Shown here piece by piece: positions 24,801 through 37,559 of a stretch of 64,000 nucleotides of DNA. This DNA comes from Phoronis australis (lineage: Eukaryota; Animalia; Phoronida): positions 1-64,000 of the forward strand of contig NMRA01000877.1 of assembly GCA_002633005.1 (NCBI GenBank). Direction: 5' to 3'. The translations under genes and the position numbers were made by a program. Every line of letters starts with the position of its first letter. The first letter of the stretch is position 1. The notes under the pieces were generated by a model. That model was not told the DNA's origin, did not search any database, and saw nothing but the letters and a program-made list of their open reading frames with translations.

Positions 24801-25164
24801 TTTCATACAAGGTGATTTGTTCAATTGGCAATACGTGTATGCTTCCAAAATGACACTTTTTGCCATTTTACCTGTTGTTTTTGATAATTAAAAAGACTTT
24901 CTCTGTTGCGTTCCATTCGTACGTCACAAAATCCCATTAGCTCATTGCCAGTGTCACGAAAGGCCTTTGCAGAGCTACGCCAGCACTAATGTTCTACGAT
25001 CAGTTTTCGTCCAATCACACATGTATCAATTTGGAATGTCCCACGGTCATATTGTTACGAACTGTACTCTAATGCGACCTTCACATATATTGACAATCTC
25101 AAAACATGTTTTTCTACGATGAGTCTTCTGGTCAATCAAAACTTGTGAACGATATTAAAATAAC

Positions 25165-25228
25165 GTGCTGATGGCCCAGTGGTTTGGTAGCGGCTTGCTA
25201 ACTGGAAGATTCCGTGTTCAAATCACGA
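25165..25228 (+). repeat. tRNA-derived SINE head (not a functional tRNA)
   Basis: A-box TGGCCCAGTGG and B-box GTTCAAATC at tRNA-like spacing; no intact cloverleaf. Confidence 0.5.
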
Positions 25229-26129
25229 AGAAACCTACGCTATATCACAACTTAGCAAGAGAAATCAAGGTGGTGTTACCGTAGCACAGTGCAATTCGAA
25301 ATCTGCTGAGTTGATAACACCATCCTGTGTCCACAGCCTATATTAAGAATTAAATTCAGTTGGCATTTCAGCACAGATAGTTCACCACAGCTCAACAACT
25401 TTTTATATTTTCAACAATCCTTGTTTCCGTGTTTGATTGTGTTTCGTATGAATCAGCTCAGCCTTTTTAGTCTAATCGAAAATGGCTCTAAGTGAACCCC
25501 CGGACTTCAACTTTTAGTTGAATTTTTAGGAAGGAAAATATGTGTGAAAAAAGAAAAAATATGTTAACAAGCCGAAAAATGTCCCTCGTATGTTTTTTAT
25601 GCAAATTAGTGCCGTCATTACCGATTTTACGTTATTTCGCAATATGTCGCCGACTATTTCTTATAATTTAAAGAACTAATTGTTTGTGGGTCAAACAATA
25701 CATTTGAACAACAAGTAAGTAACACAAGCTATCTTGAACATGGTACAGGTATAAAACACTCAACACATGGAGCATAAGTACTGGGTGGGGCAAGGAAATC
25801 TTCTATATTTATCCAAATTCAGGACTTTGATGTTGACCTATCCATGAAAACAAACTGTGACATTACAGTCCAAAGGTTTAGAATTGAAAAAAAAACCTTG
25901 AATACAAACTAACAACAAAATATACAAATGGGCTGTTGACGCGTATATCAATCAGTGCGAATCCAATGCTGGGTACAGGGAAAATAGGATTACATTCGAA
26001 ATTAAGGCAGCTATCGACGCAGATGTAAAAATCATCCTTATAAGAAAACAATGATGCCAAAGCCTATCTACTGACATTAAAGAACACTATCTACCTGTAT
26101 CCATTCTCCATTTAGACTCTATAAATCAA

Positions 26130-26517
26130 CATAGCGATTTTACAATGTCAAGCAATGTCAGAGGAACAGCAAGTGAAAAACTGCAAGAGCTTCATGAAAT
26201 TCGGGACAAACGTCTTCAACAGCCATAAGATTCTCCACATTGCACGCAGCCCGTGTGTGATCAGATTCCTTCTCTTCTTCCAAGAGAATTGGTAGAAAAT
26301 GGGTTATCACAGAAAAAGCTGTTAACATTATATTGACAAACTTCACCGCTTGGAGGACAGTGAAGGCCCAGCGGCACCAAGCACCCAAGTGCACCATTCG
26401 CCGCATGAACTATCAACATCGTGGTTATTTACCCACCTGAGTGCATTTTCTGCAGCAAAACTGAAACAAACGATGGCAGCCATCTTCACAAGGCAATAAT
26501 AGCTGAGCTAATATGAA
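26130..26517 (+). pseudogene. Academ transposase N-terminal remnant
   Basis: LQELHEIRDKRL..VCDQIP..G/YHR...PPECIFCSK with a stop and frameshifts; cut by the Kolobok insertion. Assigned from motif memory and position. Confidence 0.6.
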
Positions 26518-26521
26518 TTAA

Positions 26522-28182
26522 AGGAGCATGCCACCCAAAAAACAACCTAATTTGTATCAATTTAGATCGAGTAGTTCTACTCCATAACGACACGTACGGT
26601 TGCGTTGCCTGACACCTGACGGCAGACGGAGGTGTTGAAATTATCCAATGATGTCATCGGTTTCACACGCAGTCTATTCAGCAGTTCACAACACGGGTTA
26701 CTGGTGCCAGCTTATCGCTTGAAGTCATCGTTTAACACCAATACATCATCAACCTTCGATGTAAAGCCCTTGAAAATACATCGAGTTTTTATAAAAACGT
26801 GTTGTTTTATTTCGCTCTTACGGATTTATTGGTATTTGGACACACCGTACCCTACAAAGTTCGGCAGGCCAATAAGGTCCGTAGCAAGAGTTTGGGGTCT
26901 GTTCGGAGATAATTTCGAAGTATTTTACGTGAGATACAGACAGGAGAACCTACATCTGTGTTGTTTAGACTTGTGATTTTTTGAGTTCTAAACACAAAAC
27001 GCTTGTTACAGTGGGTCGGAGCCCGATCAGGCTCGTCGCGGCCGACCGGAGTTGACTCCGCCGTTATCCCGGCCAGTGGCTCGGAAACTGATTAGACATA
27101 ACAAACATAAAACAGCCAAAGTTCAGTGGAAACTAAACTTTCAGTCAAGAAAATATTATACTAGTGAGCCAAAGTAATGTGCACGTGATTATGTTGGTGA
27201 ATTAGCCACGAAACTGCAAATCTACTTACTCGTTGGGGGCCGCGAATTCAGGTTCAGCTTTGGCCACAGCAACGTCAGGGCAGAAGTTGTGCATTGACAA
27301 TAATTATTTGAGTAATGTAAATGTAAATAAAGATTCCCCTAACAGCTGGCCGTGGGATGGAATTCCAGTTATTTCACAACAGTTTCTGCCAGCAAACACT
27401 AAATTAGCATGAGCTCACAAGGCCTCGGTGTCCCGTCAATTTAGTTTTGTTGCGCTTAAAGCCGGTAACGCGGTGATTTATTCATTGCTGGCTTCTCAAA
27501 TCATTTGCACTCACGAACACTCCAAAGGCATTACAAATTACATCTAATGAGACAGACTTTTTTCAGTTTTGTATTGGTTTGGGTGAGAATAATTCATTTT
27601 GAAACAGAACGCTCAGTAATAAACGGCAACTTGCAATCCCGACTTAGGACGAGCTAGAGCTCATCAGTTCCGACTTCGCAGGTGGATCGTTAAGTTTTAC
27701 AGGCAATCAATTCGAACACGAATACAGTGATGAAGAAATACTGAGAGGCGCCGTGAACAAGCTCAGACAACGGAACGTATGGAGTTATTTGGTAAGCCAG
27801 CATTCGTCAGGCACTGTCGACGTCTGCAGGCCACAGACACTGAGATGTTTCACGGCCTCATACTTGCTATTTACAGCGTACATTCAATTCTTTACTACCA
27901 TGAGCCACTTCCTAAGCATTTCGGACTGTCGAGGAAGAAAAAAAAACGACACACCCGCTTTCCTCGCAGCTGCTTAGTTCGGACAAGCGGGAACGATTCA
28001 CCGCAACATAGCGGCATTCACTCTGCATATGAACCACTGACGTCGCCAGCGTCGTTTCTCACCTTCTTCACAGTCTAACGCGACATCTCTTGGCAAGGTA
28101 AGGTCGACCGTATGCGAGGCGATGTGGATACAGACCGATTAAGACGGCAAAAAAGACTAATTAAATCGGGAGTCATTCTCCT
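26522..28182 (-). mobile_element. Kolobok-type element, copy 2 (nested in Academ)
   Basis: TTAA|AGGAGCATGCCACCC ... GGGAGTCATTCTCCT|TTAA; colinear with copy 1. Confidence 0.88.
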
Positions 28183-29244
28183 TTAATGTATTAACAGACT
28201 TCTTTTCTAAATTTTCATTTCATTTCTCCACAAGAGTGTGAGGTATATCATTTTGTTGTCCAGTATCAAACTGAGAGCTGTCCCAGATTCATGCTCCTTG
28301 GTAAATCGGGATTGTTCTAAAACCTCCTTGACCCACACCCCGCTGAATACCCCCTCGACCCACGGCACACAACCACCACGGACCAATTTAAACAAGCTCG
28401 ATTCAATCTCAACGTAGAATCAGCGCTGACTAAGAGGACTATCGACTCTGGCCGTGAACTCGGCTGGCTTTTTTCTTTTTTTCGAAGTTAATTAAGAGAG
28501 TTGATTCGGCAAGTTTGAAAGCCAAAAGCATAACAAACAAACCAACGCGACCAAATGAAATCAAAGACCTACATGTACCAACGTCATCAATGTCGTTCCC
28601 CGCAGAGTGTAATCATATCGTCTTCTCTTCAGTGTATGACGAGATTCAAGTTTTTTTGTTTTGGGAGAGTGCGAGGAACCCAGAATATGTAATTTCTTCA
28701 GTAAATACAGTTTGAAAAACAAACTGTTAACTAAAAAGTATCTCAACTTTTCATGTAGTATATTGTTTACCAGTGTACAGCAGACAACAAATAATAAAAT
28801 GTGAAATTATATACATTCTCGTTTTAACGGACTCTCTTCCTAAGTAGAACAAGGCAATTGGTATATGTAGCTACTCGTGGAAATATTTCCATGACAACAA
28901 TAGCACGCTTACAATCGGCTATATCAGATCATTTTGTTACGCCACTTACTGTTTTAGCCACCAGATTTGAGTTAGATCTGATTCTAGCGTAGGTAAGTCT
29001 TATGGGAAAGTCACTCAGAGACGTAATATGATTATGATATGTGTAAAAACCGCAGATGCATCAACTACCGCAGGTCGTGGGGTTGTGAGGGTGGTGGGGT
29101 GGAGAGGGTTTTAGAACAACCCGTTAAATCCCACACACTGGGTGGGCCATTGAACATGCCAAAACTCATGAAGTACTGCCTGATACCTGTGCCCCCTAGT
29201 CTTGGATCACCAGGTATTTTTTCCAAGACCAAAAAGCCTCCATT

Positions 29245-30260
29245 TTAGATGACAATACTAAAACCATTAGTGAAGAAGAGGTTATTCAAGAAACCAAAAC
29301 TTTTTTGAAAATCTATACAAATATAGGAATTCTAAGAATACTGCTTTAGAGACTCCACTTGATAAGGTTTGTGTCTCTAAACTGAATGAGTCAGAAAAAA
29401 GAAAACTTAGAAGGTCGTCTTACATATGAAGAAGTTTAACAATGATTGAAAAAAATGAAAAACAACAAGAGCCCAGGCCCTGACGGTTTTCATTGGTATT
29501 TTTAATTTTTTTTTGGGCTGACATTAGAAATTTCGTTGTTCGCTCATTTCATACTGGTTTTGCAGTCGCCCAGTTATCATCAAAACAAAAAGAGTAATTA
29601 CCTGCATACCAAAGGGAGCAGATAAAAGTAAGCATTATTTGAACAACTGGTGACCCATATCCTTACTCAATGTGACATATAAATTGGCTTTTTCGGATGC
29701 CGCTGAACGGTTGAAATCCGTTTAGGGAAAACTAATCAGTAAGGATCAGACAGGTTTCGTTTCTGGAAGAAATATGAACGAAAATATCCGCATCCTATAT
29801 GATTTAATGTTTTATGCCCAGGTAGCTAACAAACCTGGATTGCGGTTACTGATTGATTTTGAGAAAGCATTTGATTCATTGTCGTGGAATTTTATTCAAA
29901 AAAAACATATTTTGGTTGGCCTATGAGACGTTGGGTGAAAGTCTTTTACAGTAATATCAGTAATATTAAATCCTGTGTTGTCGTAAATGGTCACCCATCT
30001 TTCTGGTTCAATATTTCAAGTGGCTGCAGACAAGGTGACCCTTTGTCTCCCTACATTTTCATATTGTGCGTGGAGATTTTGGCGTAATTAATTAAGAATA
30101 ATAAATAAGATTGCTGGTGTAGATGCAGGAAATAAGGAATATTTGATTTTACAATATGCGGTGGACACATCAATTACTTTGGATGGGTCGAATTTGGCAT
30201 TAACTACCACATTGGATGTACTTCATTTGTTTTCTAGTGTATATGGTTTGGAAGTAAAAC
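29245..30260 (+). mobile_element. Tx1/L1-clade LINE reverse-transcriptase fragment (pseudogenised)
   Basis: MKNNKSPGPDGF, PISLLNVTYK, DQTGFVSGR..NIR, LIDFEKAFDSLSW, GCRQGDPLSPYIFIL, QYAVDT (decayed YADD); many stops and frameshifts. Confidence 0.93.
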
Positions 30261-30329
30261 TGTTAGTGATGACGTAATTCCTACAAAAGAAAGTATGTCT
30301 CGGACAAAAAAACTTTTAGATATTTGGGT

Positions 30330-30660
30330 CTGGAAAACATCGGCAACTACAGAATCTGTCCGACGTGGCAAAATCCTTGGGAAAAGACCACTGTGAAGCT
30401 CTACTTGGATTTCATGTTTACACTGGATAAGATTGCACCAGTGCGTTTAAACGTAACGGAAAGGTTGGCCCCTTAAAAAGCCGTGCATTCAGGCAAACTG
30501 ACATTGATTGCGATGTAAGGTGGAAGAGTTCAACTGCCTCGTGTACGGTCACAGACATGAGTCATCGATAGATGCTAATCGTGCCAAAATGTTACGCAAG
30601 ATGGTTGGTGAAGATGACATCCTCACAAGTCCAAGACTGACCTTGCTCGACTTCCCCCGT
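30330..30660 (+). pseudogene. Academ XPG/FEN1-like (H3TH) nuclease remnant
   Basis: VAKSLGKDHCEALLGFHVYTG*DCTSAFKRNGKVGPLK...VEEFNCLVYG matches the H..TGCD..S.F...GK motif. Confidence 0.75.
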
Positions 30661-30710
30661 AACAGCAACAGCGTGAAGCGTGAGGAGATATTGAGTTCCT
30701 TAACTAAGAC

Positions 30711-30924
30711 CACTGGCGACCCCAGACCGCGCCGGTATCGTGTTCCCCTCTTTTTTGTTTAGTCCACCGATAAATTTTGAGAACAGCAGGTCCACATGCT
30801 CGGCTCCAGCAACTTTCGGGCCGCCTGTGTACATACAGTGTACAAGAAATACAATCGCCCTTCGCCCAATTCTGCGCTGCAACATGTTCGGCCCCCCACT
30901 TATGATATCCTAGATCCGCCACTG
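30711..30924 (-). mobile_element. MITE (CAGTGGCGGATCTAGGATA family)
   Basis: Ends TATCCTAGATCCGCCACTG; related to 51490-51680 and 55651-55950. Confidence 0.75.
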
Positions 30925-32420
30925 CTCACTGATTGATTTCATGGTCACCTATATTTGTGAAGTGGACACACAAGAAGAAACTGGATAGTTGTATGGAAGT
31001 TTCACGCAAAACAATGAAAGTGACATGGAGTGTTAGAACATGTTATCAGTGACATCAGCACCTAATGATTGTCCATATTTCTGCAATCATTTCCCCGAGT
31101 TTTTTTCTTGAGATATTTAAAACAATTGTTGAAATTTGGCTCTTTAAAGAGCTGATTATATAATCACTGAAAATTGCACATTTAGTGTTTATATTGGCTT
31201 AGGTACACTTTCAGTGTAGTATTGATAAAAGTTGTAAGTAACCGTATAATACAAAATGAGATGTAATAGATTAGGAAGAACATTATTCCATCGTAATGCT
31301 TGACCCTCAAAATATCGGTTTTGACACTTGATCTGTTCACTGACTTACAAGAATAAGAAAGTGAGATATCATCAAATAACGAAATATCGGTAATGCGGAA
31401 CTAATTTGCATAAAAACGCACGTGGACACTCTTTCGGCTTGTTAACATCTTTTTATGGTTTTCACGCGTATTTTGCTTTGTAAAACTGCAACATCAAAGT
31501 CGAAGCCCGGCGGGTGCACGGAGGGCATTTTTCGACTCGACTATTTCATACAGTGTAAACGCAGACGAAACTGCCAAAAGCGTGAGACTACATGTATGTT
31601 CCATATTCTTAATGATATGTCAACCCTTATTCACACAACAAAGCATTTTATACAATATTCTAGCAAAATTCCTCATTTCTGTTCTCGGGAACTTCAAATA
31701 CGGAATACACTATATCCATCTTTTAGCAAACATGAAGAAGGGCAGAATCATCTTTATCTCCGAGGAAATTTCCTTAGTACATGTACTTGGTTTTGATGGT
31801 CAATGGTTACAGAGCTGTCACTCAACCTGAATCTTCCGCTTGTTTCTTTCAGTCTCCCCTGCGCATGCTTCTGGTTCTGCATGTATTGTGAACTAGTACT
31901 GTTGACCTATTTTAATAGATCAAGAGGTACTGTACATAAACACCTCCCCTGACCAAGTACATGCATCTCTCGATTCGTTGTCAACTGACTTAACAAAATT
32001 AATGATGATGATTAAGTTAATTACGCACCCCAAATTCAGTTGACATTGCGAGTGAATGCTCAAAGAGCGAACATGATTACGGCCTGCATATTGCTTTATT
32101 GACCCAACACAAGTCCTCATCGAACAATTATGCGATAACCGTCGGATTTTGAAAATTCGGCACGCTTTCCGCATGTTCTAATCTTCGGCAAATCGACTTA
32201 ATTTGAACTTATGAGTTCTCGAAAACTTCTCGATAAATTTCACTGAAACTTTCCAACTTTAAAGTTTACTTATCACTATCGAACACTCTGTTTTCCTTTC
32301 AAACGCTTAGTTATTGCGTAGGTAAGGGAGATGGAAACGACTGGTACAAAAATGTAATATTTTTGCGAGTTAAGAAACAAAACTTAATGACGAATTAAAA
32401 ATTCGAGTATCAAATTTGAT

Positions 32421-34512
32421 AATCAAGGTTTTATAAAATTCAACCCATTTTACAACTATTTGGAGTTCCACTGACAACTTCTACCGAGTTGCATTATTAA
32501 GAGGCTCAATACACACAGAATGCAACTAACATGTCAAGGGAAAACATAGAGAAGGCAAATTGAAGAAAAAACATGTAAATGTCTTTTCATTGTTTGTTAT
32601 TCATTTTAATACATTGCTAGAAATGAATAGATGTTTGTCATGGGATGACGACAATCTATTGACTTGGCATTGTGAAACTTTCTTTTACAAACGGACTGAA
32701 TTCTAAGCATCGTGATCTCATGACCCGTATATGTAACATGGCTAGTAACAAAACCGTTTTACTTCTTAGGATGTTCATTAAGTCTAAGTTTCAAAAACCG
32801 ACAAGTCATGCCAATATGTGATCCGTTAAAGCCAATGCAGCTCAAACAATACACAACATTAAATCGGGAATGCTTTGATCTAATGAGAGACACAAGACAC
32901 TGGGTTGTAAAAACAACAACATGTTTTACAGTAGGTGTTACTTAGCCCAATACTCTCGCGTGATCCATCGACGTTAACTACTGTGGTTTACCCCGAAGTT
33001 GAGCTCGAATGTCCACATCAACTCCATAGTTAGCAACGTTAACCCAAGGCGTTGCCAATATGACATTGACCTGTTGCAATGAGCTACGTATAAGTAATTT
33101 ATTTCATTCGGGCTTGTATACTTCCATACGCCTTATTGTTTTTGTGTCTCAATCAAAAATGGCAAAGACCCCCTCATCTCCCCTCGCAGACACGAGGACG
33201 TCAACTTCATAAGTCAACCAACGGTATCCACGTTGAGATGAAGAAATATGACGACATTTAACAGGAAACTGGGGTGCTGTGGCTTGCAGCAAGTCCGTGT
33301 AAAGGCACTATGAGGTTTATCGAGAAATTCGTTTGCGTATACAAAACGTTCAGACGTGATTTTGTATTATTTTTTAAGGATAGAATCCAGCAAGTGCATG
33401 GACAAATAGAAACAGGGTGCTTATTCTACCAAAAATAACTGACAAATATCTGAACAAACTACAAATATTAACCAGTAACCACCCGCTGTTGGCGAATGCA
33501 ATGACACCTGGCGATAACTCCGATCGTTATCGAAGATAAGTGTTCTCGTTATGCCGAAGCGCTGACCTGTCGTTGTTAAACCCACCTGTTAACTTCGGAG
33601 TTAACTAGCGCTATTAACTTCGAGAAAAGACCGAAGTAAAGTATCCCCACTGACCGAAGCTTCGGTGATGTCGAAGCCTCAGAGGCAGTGGGAAAGGCAT
33701 ATGATTTTCACAGACATGCCAATACATGATGCGTTACAGTCATGCATATAAACAGTGTACAGTTCAAACAATACACAATATCAGGACACTATATACTGTC
33801 CACTCCTGGGACAGTTTCGTCCCTAACCAGTACAAAAGAAACCTCGCTGGGATTTTACGGTATAGGTCTTATATTGTTCTAGTCAATGCAGGGTATCTGC
33901 CAGTAGAGGTGACAATAGTAACCAATGGAAATTTGTACATGCTTGCCGACAACTCGACACTTATAAACAACACCATTCTCGAACCACGCGAGAGTACTGG
34001 GATAGGAAACACATGATGTGGGACACTTTGTTATTTTTACAACGAAGTGTTTCACGTCACTCTTAGATTCAAACAATTCCAGGTCTGTTGTTGTGTATTA
34101 CTTGGGCTGCATTAGACTTTATCGTATTGTATATTGCCATGACTTGTCGGTTTTTTGAACTTGGACTTAACGAACATTCTAAGGGTGAAAGCAGTTTTGT
34201 TTATGTAGCCGTGGGATAGATGCGGGTCAGGAGATGGATTTTGACAATAATAGAATTTTAGATCACAATGCTTGCAAATTCCGTATGCTTGTCAAAGATT
34301 CAAATTTTAGAACACAAACCCGAACTCAATAGAATGTAGCCTAGTTGTTCAATGACATCTGCATTTATCTATTCACATAGTCTCTGTAATAATTCCGCTA
34401 TATTTTTGCATCTTTTGTGCTGTGTGTATTCATTCCCTTGATGATGCAACTCAGTGGAAGTTGTGAAACGTCAAGTACTGGTAATAAAGATGGAATTTTA
34501 TAAAACCTTGAT
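32421..34512. repeat. Long diverged inverted repeat (arms about 32421-32965 and 33983-34512), probable foldback element
   Basis: Arms align as reverse complements in several blocks (atcaaggttttataaaatt; aaaaaccgacaagtcatg; tactctcgcgtg). Exact ends and TSD unresolved. Confidence 0.85.
32965..33702. mobile_element. Probable non-autonomous Harbinger-family relic in the spacer of the inverted repeat
   Basis: GTTAAC/CGAAG subterminal motifs, CCACCTGTTAACT shared with about 17094, and a right end CAGTGGGAAAGGC resembling GTATGAAAGGC. Confidence 0.5.
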
Positions 34513-34955
34513 CCTTATGATTTGCATTAGGTCTTAGCCAAAAAACGAACATAACTGAAAATACCTACCGATATTTTGACGTCAAGTTTTCATTAAAAAA
34601 GTTTCAATAAAGTCAAGTAAGGGGAATCTTTCTTAAAAGGAATATTTTGAATTGAAACAAAGATTAGCCTAATCGCAGCAATGACATATAAACATGATTT
34701 ATGTATTTATAATCGGTAATCTTTTTCTTTCATAAAATGTATACTTTTACTACTCGACATTGCTTAATTGTTTCATGACATACTGCTTAGAATGAAATAC
34801 CGTAAATAACGTTTGATATAACCTTTAAATAGATATGTACTAAGAATTTTGTCTTTAGTTCGTACTTCATGTTTCATAATTTCGGCTCCATGTGAGATAG
34901 TACTTGACTTTCAAGAACGTCTGAAGAGTTTTCACTTGAGAATTGGTAGACTTAC

Positions 34956-35102
34956 CAATAAGAAGTAAGCTAGCATCATAACCAGAGTTTTGCACGCAAA
35001 ATAATTTCGAATTTTCGTTGGATGCTTTGATGAGCCCGCTTCTGTAGACCCTTTGGAGTGTCTTCTTAAACAGGCTGTAACTTTTCTCCAATTTAATGAC
35101 AT
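34956..35102 (-). CDS. MFS transporter first coding exon
   Basis: ATG at 35102; 49 codons MSLNWRK...NYFACKTLVMMLAYFLL, then a GTAAGT donor (phase 0). KT-hydrophobic-A(Y/F) is typical of the start of TM1 in MFSD4-like proteins. Confidence 0.75.
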
Positions 35103-36865
35103 CGTGAACAGGTCCTGCCGGTATTGCGAGCTGATGAATACTTCACCAGCTTTTCATCGTAGTGTGGGAGTGGGGAGTGGCTACGTTTAGATTCTTATTG
35201 ATCGGTGTCGTAATACATCAACCAGGTACGTATCTCAGTGTAGTTGCAGTTATGGTCCAGATGAACAACCGACCTGGCAATCCGCTCTTGTCACGATGCA
35301 AAATGCTCCCTCTTAACACACCACAGATTTTTAAAAATACCGAAGAGGAAGAAGCGCTGCCCTCACGTTTTGCGCACACGATTGCCATAAGTGATCGTTC
35401 TTAACGAAGAGCCACGGTATACTCGACTCTACCGTGGTAGTCTACGTATCGTGTGGAATTTGTAAGCTTAGTGGCGTGGCTGAGCTGGGGCACTTGTGTT
35501 GGCCTCAGGGCGAGTATTCATTGCAAGTAAAATATTGTTAACATGACACGCAACCACTGTCCACCGATTGGGCGTTAGACCAAATTGGCAAGAATACCTA
35601 AGGCCAAAGCTACTGAGAGTTTGAGTTACGCAACTACTGCATGTCTGGGTCATGGCGGTTCAACCTACTCCAATTCTACGTAAAACAACTGAAAGAATAC
35701 GTGGATGTGGAGAACATGCATTCAGAGGAAGACACTGAATTGTGTAGCTGTCGTGTCTTGCCACAATAAGTACTAGTTAGTGCACGAGAGCACCAGTCGT
35801 CCCGCGACAAGGGTTGGGCGTCAGCCGATATCCCGTGCACCAAATTTGACACATACATGTACATGTAGATCTTCCTCATTATGGGATCTACAGTGTATAA
35901 AGAGTAGTAAAAGTTTTCCAAAAATATTACTTTCTACCAAAGTTGTAGGCTCAAATACATTTTACGGCTTCGTGACGATGTTTTCGCGCTGTAAAATTTT
36001 TAATTTCAACAGTTTATTTTATCCTTGAATGAAAGCTGTTGAATTATTGTTCACTTGACATTGTTTATTGATGCCAATTGATTGTTATACACATGTGGAA
36101 AAAAGATACTGCTTTACCACCCACATTTAGTAGTAAAACTACACCAACCCTCTTTGTGCCATTTTCAGATTATGTTTGATACACTGTTATACCAAATCTG
36201 CCCATACTTCTATGAGAATGAAACTTGGCCAAAACATTGACAAAACATGTTACTTTCATCGATTAAAATAAAACCTTGTCAGCTAATTTATTAGTAATGC
36301 ATTTCGGCACCTCAAATGCACAAAAATGAGGAATTTTCAAATAACTGAGATCACTGTGCCAGCACGTATAATCAGTCTGTTTTTAATATTTTTTTGCTAT
36401 TTTGCAATCGAATTTGTTAATCCTGAATGTTTCACTACATACATCTAGGAATATAATACTCCCTGATACCATGCACGGCTTCAGTTTTTGTAAAAATTCG
36501 ATTATGTCCTCCCCAGTGAACAGGGCTACAGACGTGAACTCAACAAATGTAAGTTATTTTGATTTTATAGTTGTTATGCCTTCTAAGTTTCTCATGGCAA
36601 TTTCTTTACACATATTCAAATGAGATTTTTTCTAGTCTGATCAAATGTTCATGTAATGCGTTGTAATATCAAGTGAATGATAAGTTTAGTGGCACGATTT
36701 TCCATAGGACTCGAAACAAAAGGCCATAGAAATATTTTGTTTTACTTACGGAATACTGACTTTGCAGTTCTTAAAAACATTCGAACAACAGAGGCAAACT
36801 CTAGCACTGGCCATGGCAACTCGTCGCGTGGTTACCGCTTATCGGACGTATAATTGCATTTATTC

Positions 36866-37545
36866 CAGGGCCATGGAATGCGGACCGGGGAGGGGCACAT
36901 GTCCCCAAAAACTGCAGGCGTCAGTGAGGGTTAAACCGTGCCAACCGACATAGGCGTGGGGCCCGGGACAGGCGAGAAAAGAAAGACTGCGAATAAGGAA
37001 AATATAGAAAATTGAAGAGAACATTTGACAAGTCAGTATCAGTGCATGGTTTACCCTTTGTGGGCCCTGGCCAGGACATTGCTCTTAAGCTGTATCTCCA
37101 TTTTTACAGCACGCTGGTTGTCTAAACGCACACGAGAACGTGCACTTAATCTTTCATACATGTATTTAGAGAAATCGAGAACATTTAAATTCAATGAGCA
37201 TAATTTGGCGAATGCAGAACTATATTTTCCCAGAAGCCCCTTTATGGCAAGGAATTATGGAGACAGCTATCGCTCTGTTTGACGTGTTCTTTCTCGAAAC
37301 TGTATATCATTTTAGAAATATTGATGACCTGACAAATAATATATCCTGCGCATATCCTGGTCCTTGAAAGTATACATCTTTTCATATCTAGGGGCCCAGC
37401 CCGAAGAGCGCCACTGACGACATTCAAGTGGCCACTCAATTCGTGTTAGATAAATTCTTACCAGGGGCCGCACACGGAGAAAGGTCCCAATGTTGAAATT
37501 GATTCCTCTATTTCCCTGTTTTTGTGAAATCGTAAAACCTGCTTG
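36866..37545 (+). mobile_element. Family C DNA transposon, truncated copy
   Basis: CAGGGCC start; aligns with 18045-18620 and 49296-49975. Confidence 0.8.
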
Positions 37546-37559
37546 TGTGTATGTACATT

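Larger units (their letters stand above)
25468..31543 (+). mobile_element. Academ (AcademX-type) DNA transposon relic with nested insertions
   Basis: TAG...CTA termini, diverged TIRs of over 200 bp (about 25468-25700 vs 31290-31543), TTT on both flanks, and two same-strand transposase remnants inside. Known: AcademX encodes a transposase fused to an XPG-like nuclease and makes 3-4-bp TSDs. Confidence 0.8.

Noticed and set aside
26632-26976. 114-aa ORF and similar ORFs in other Kolobok copies as a second gene
   Set aside because: The frame is not preserved among copies, has no recognisable domain, and the antisense frame has stops.
28450-28610. Hydrophobic minus-strand stretch SLISFGRVGLFVMLLAF as the missing MFS exon
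   Set aside because: There is an upstream in-frame stop, no suitably placed splice sites, and it lies inside the Academ relic.
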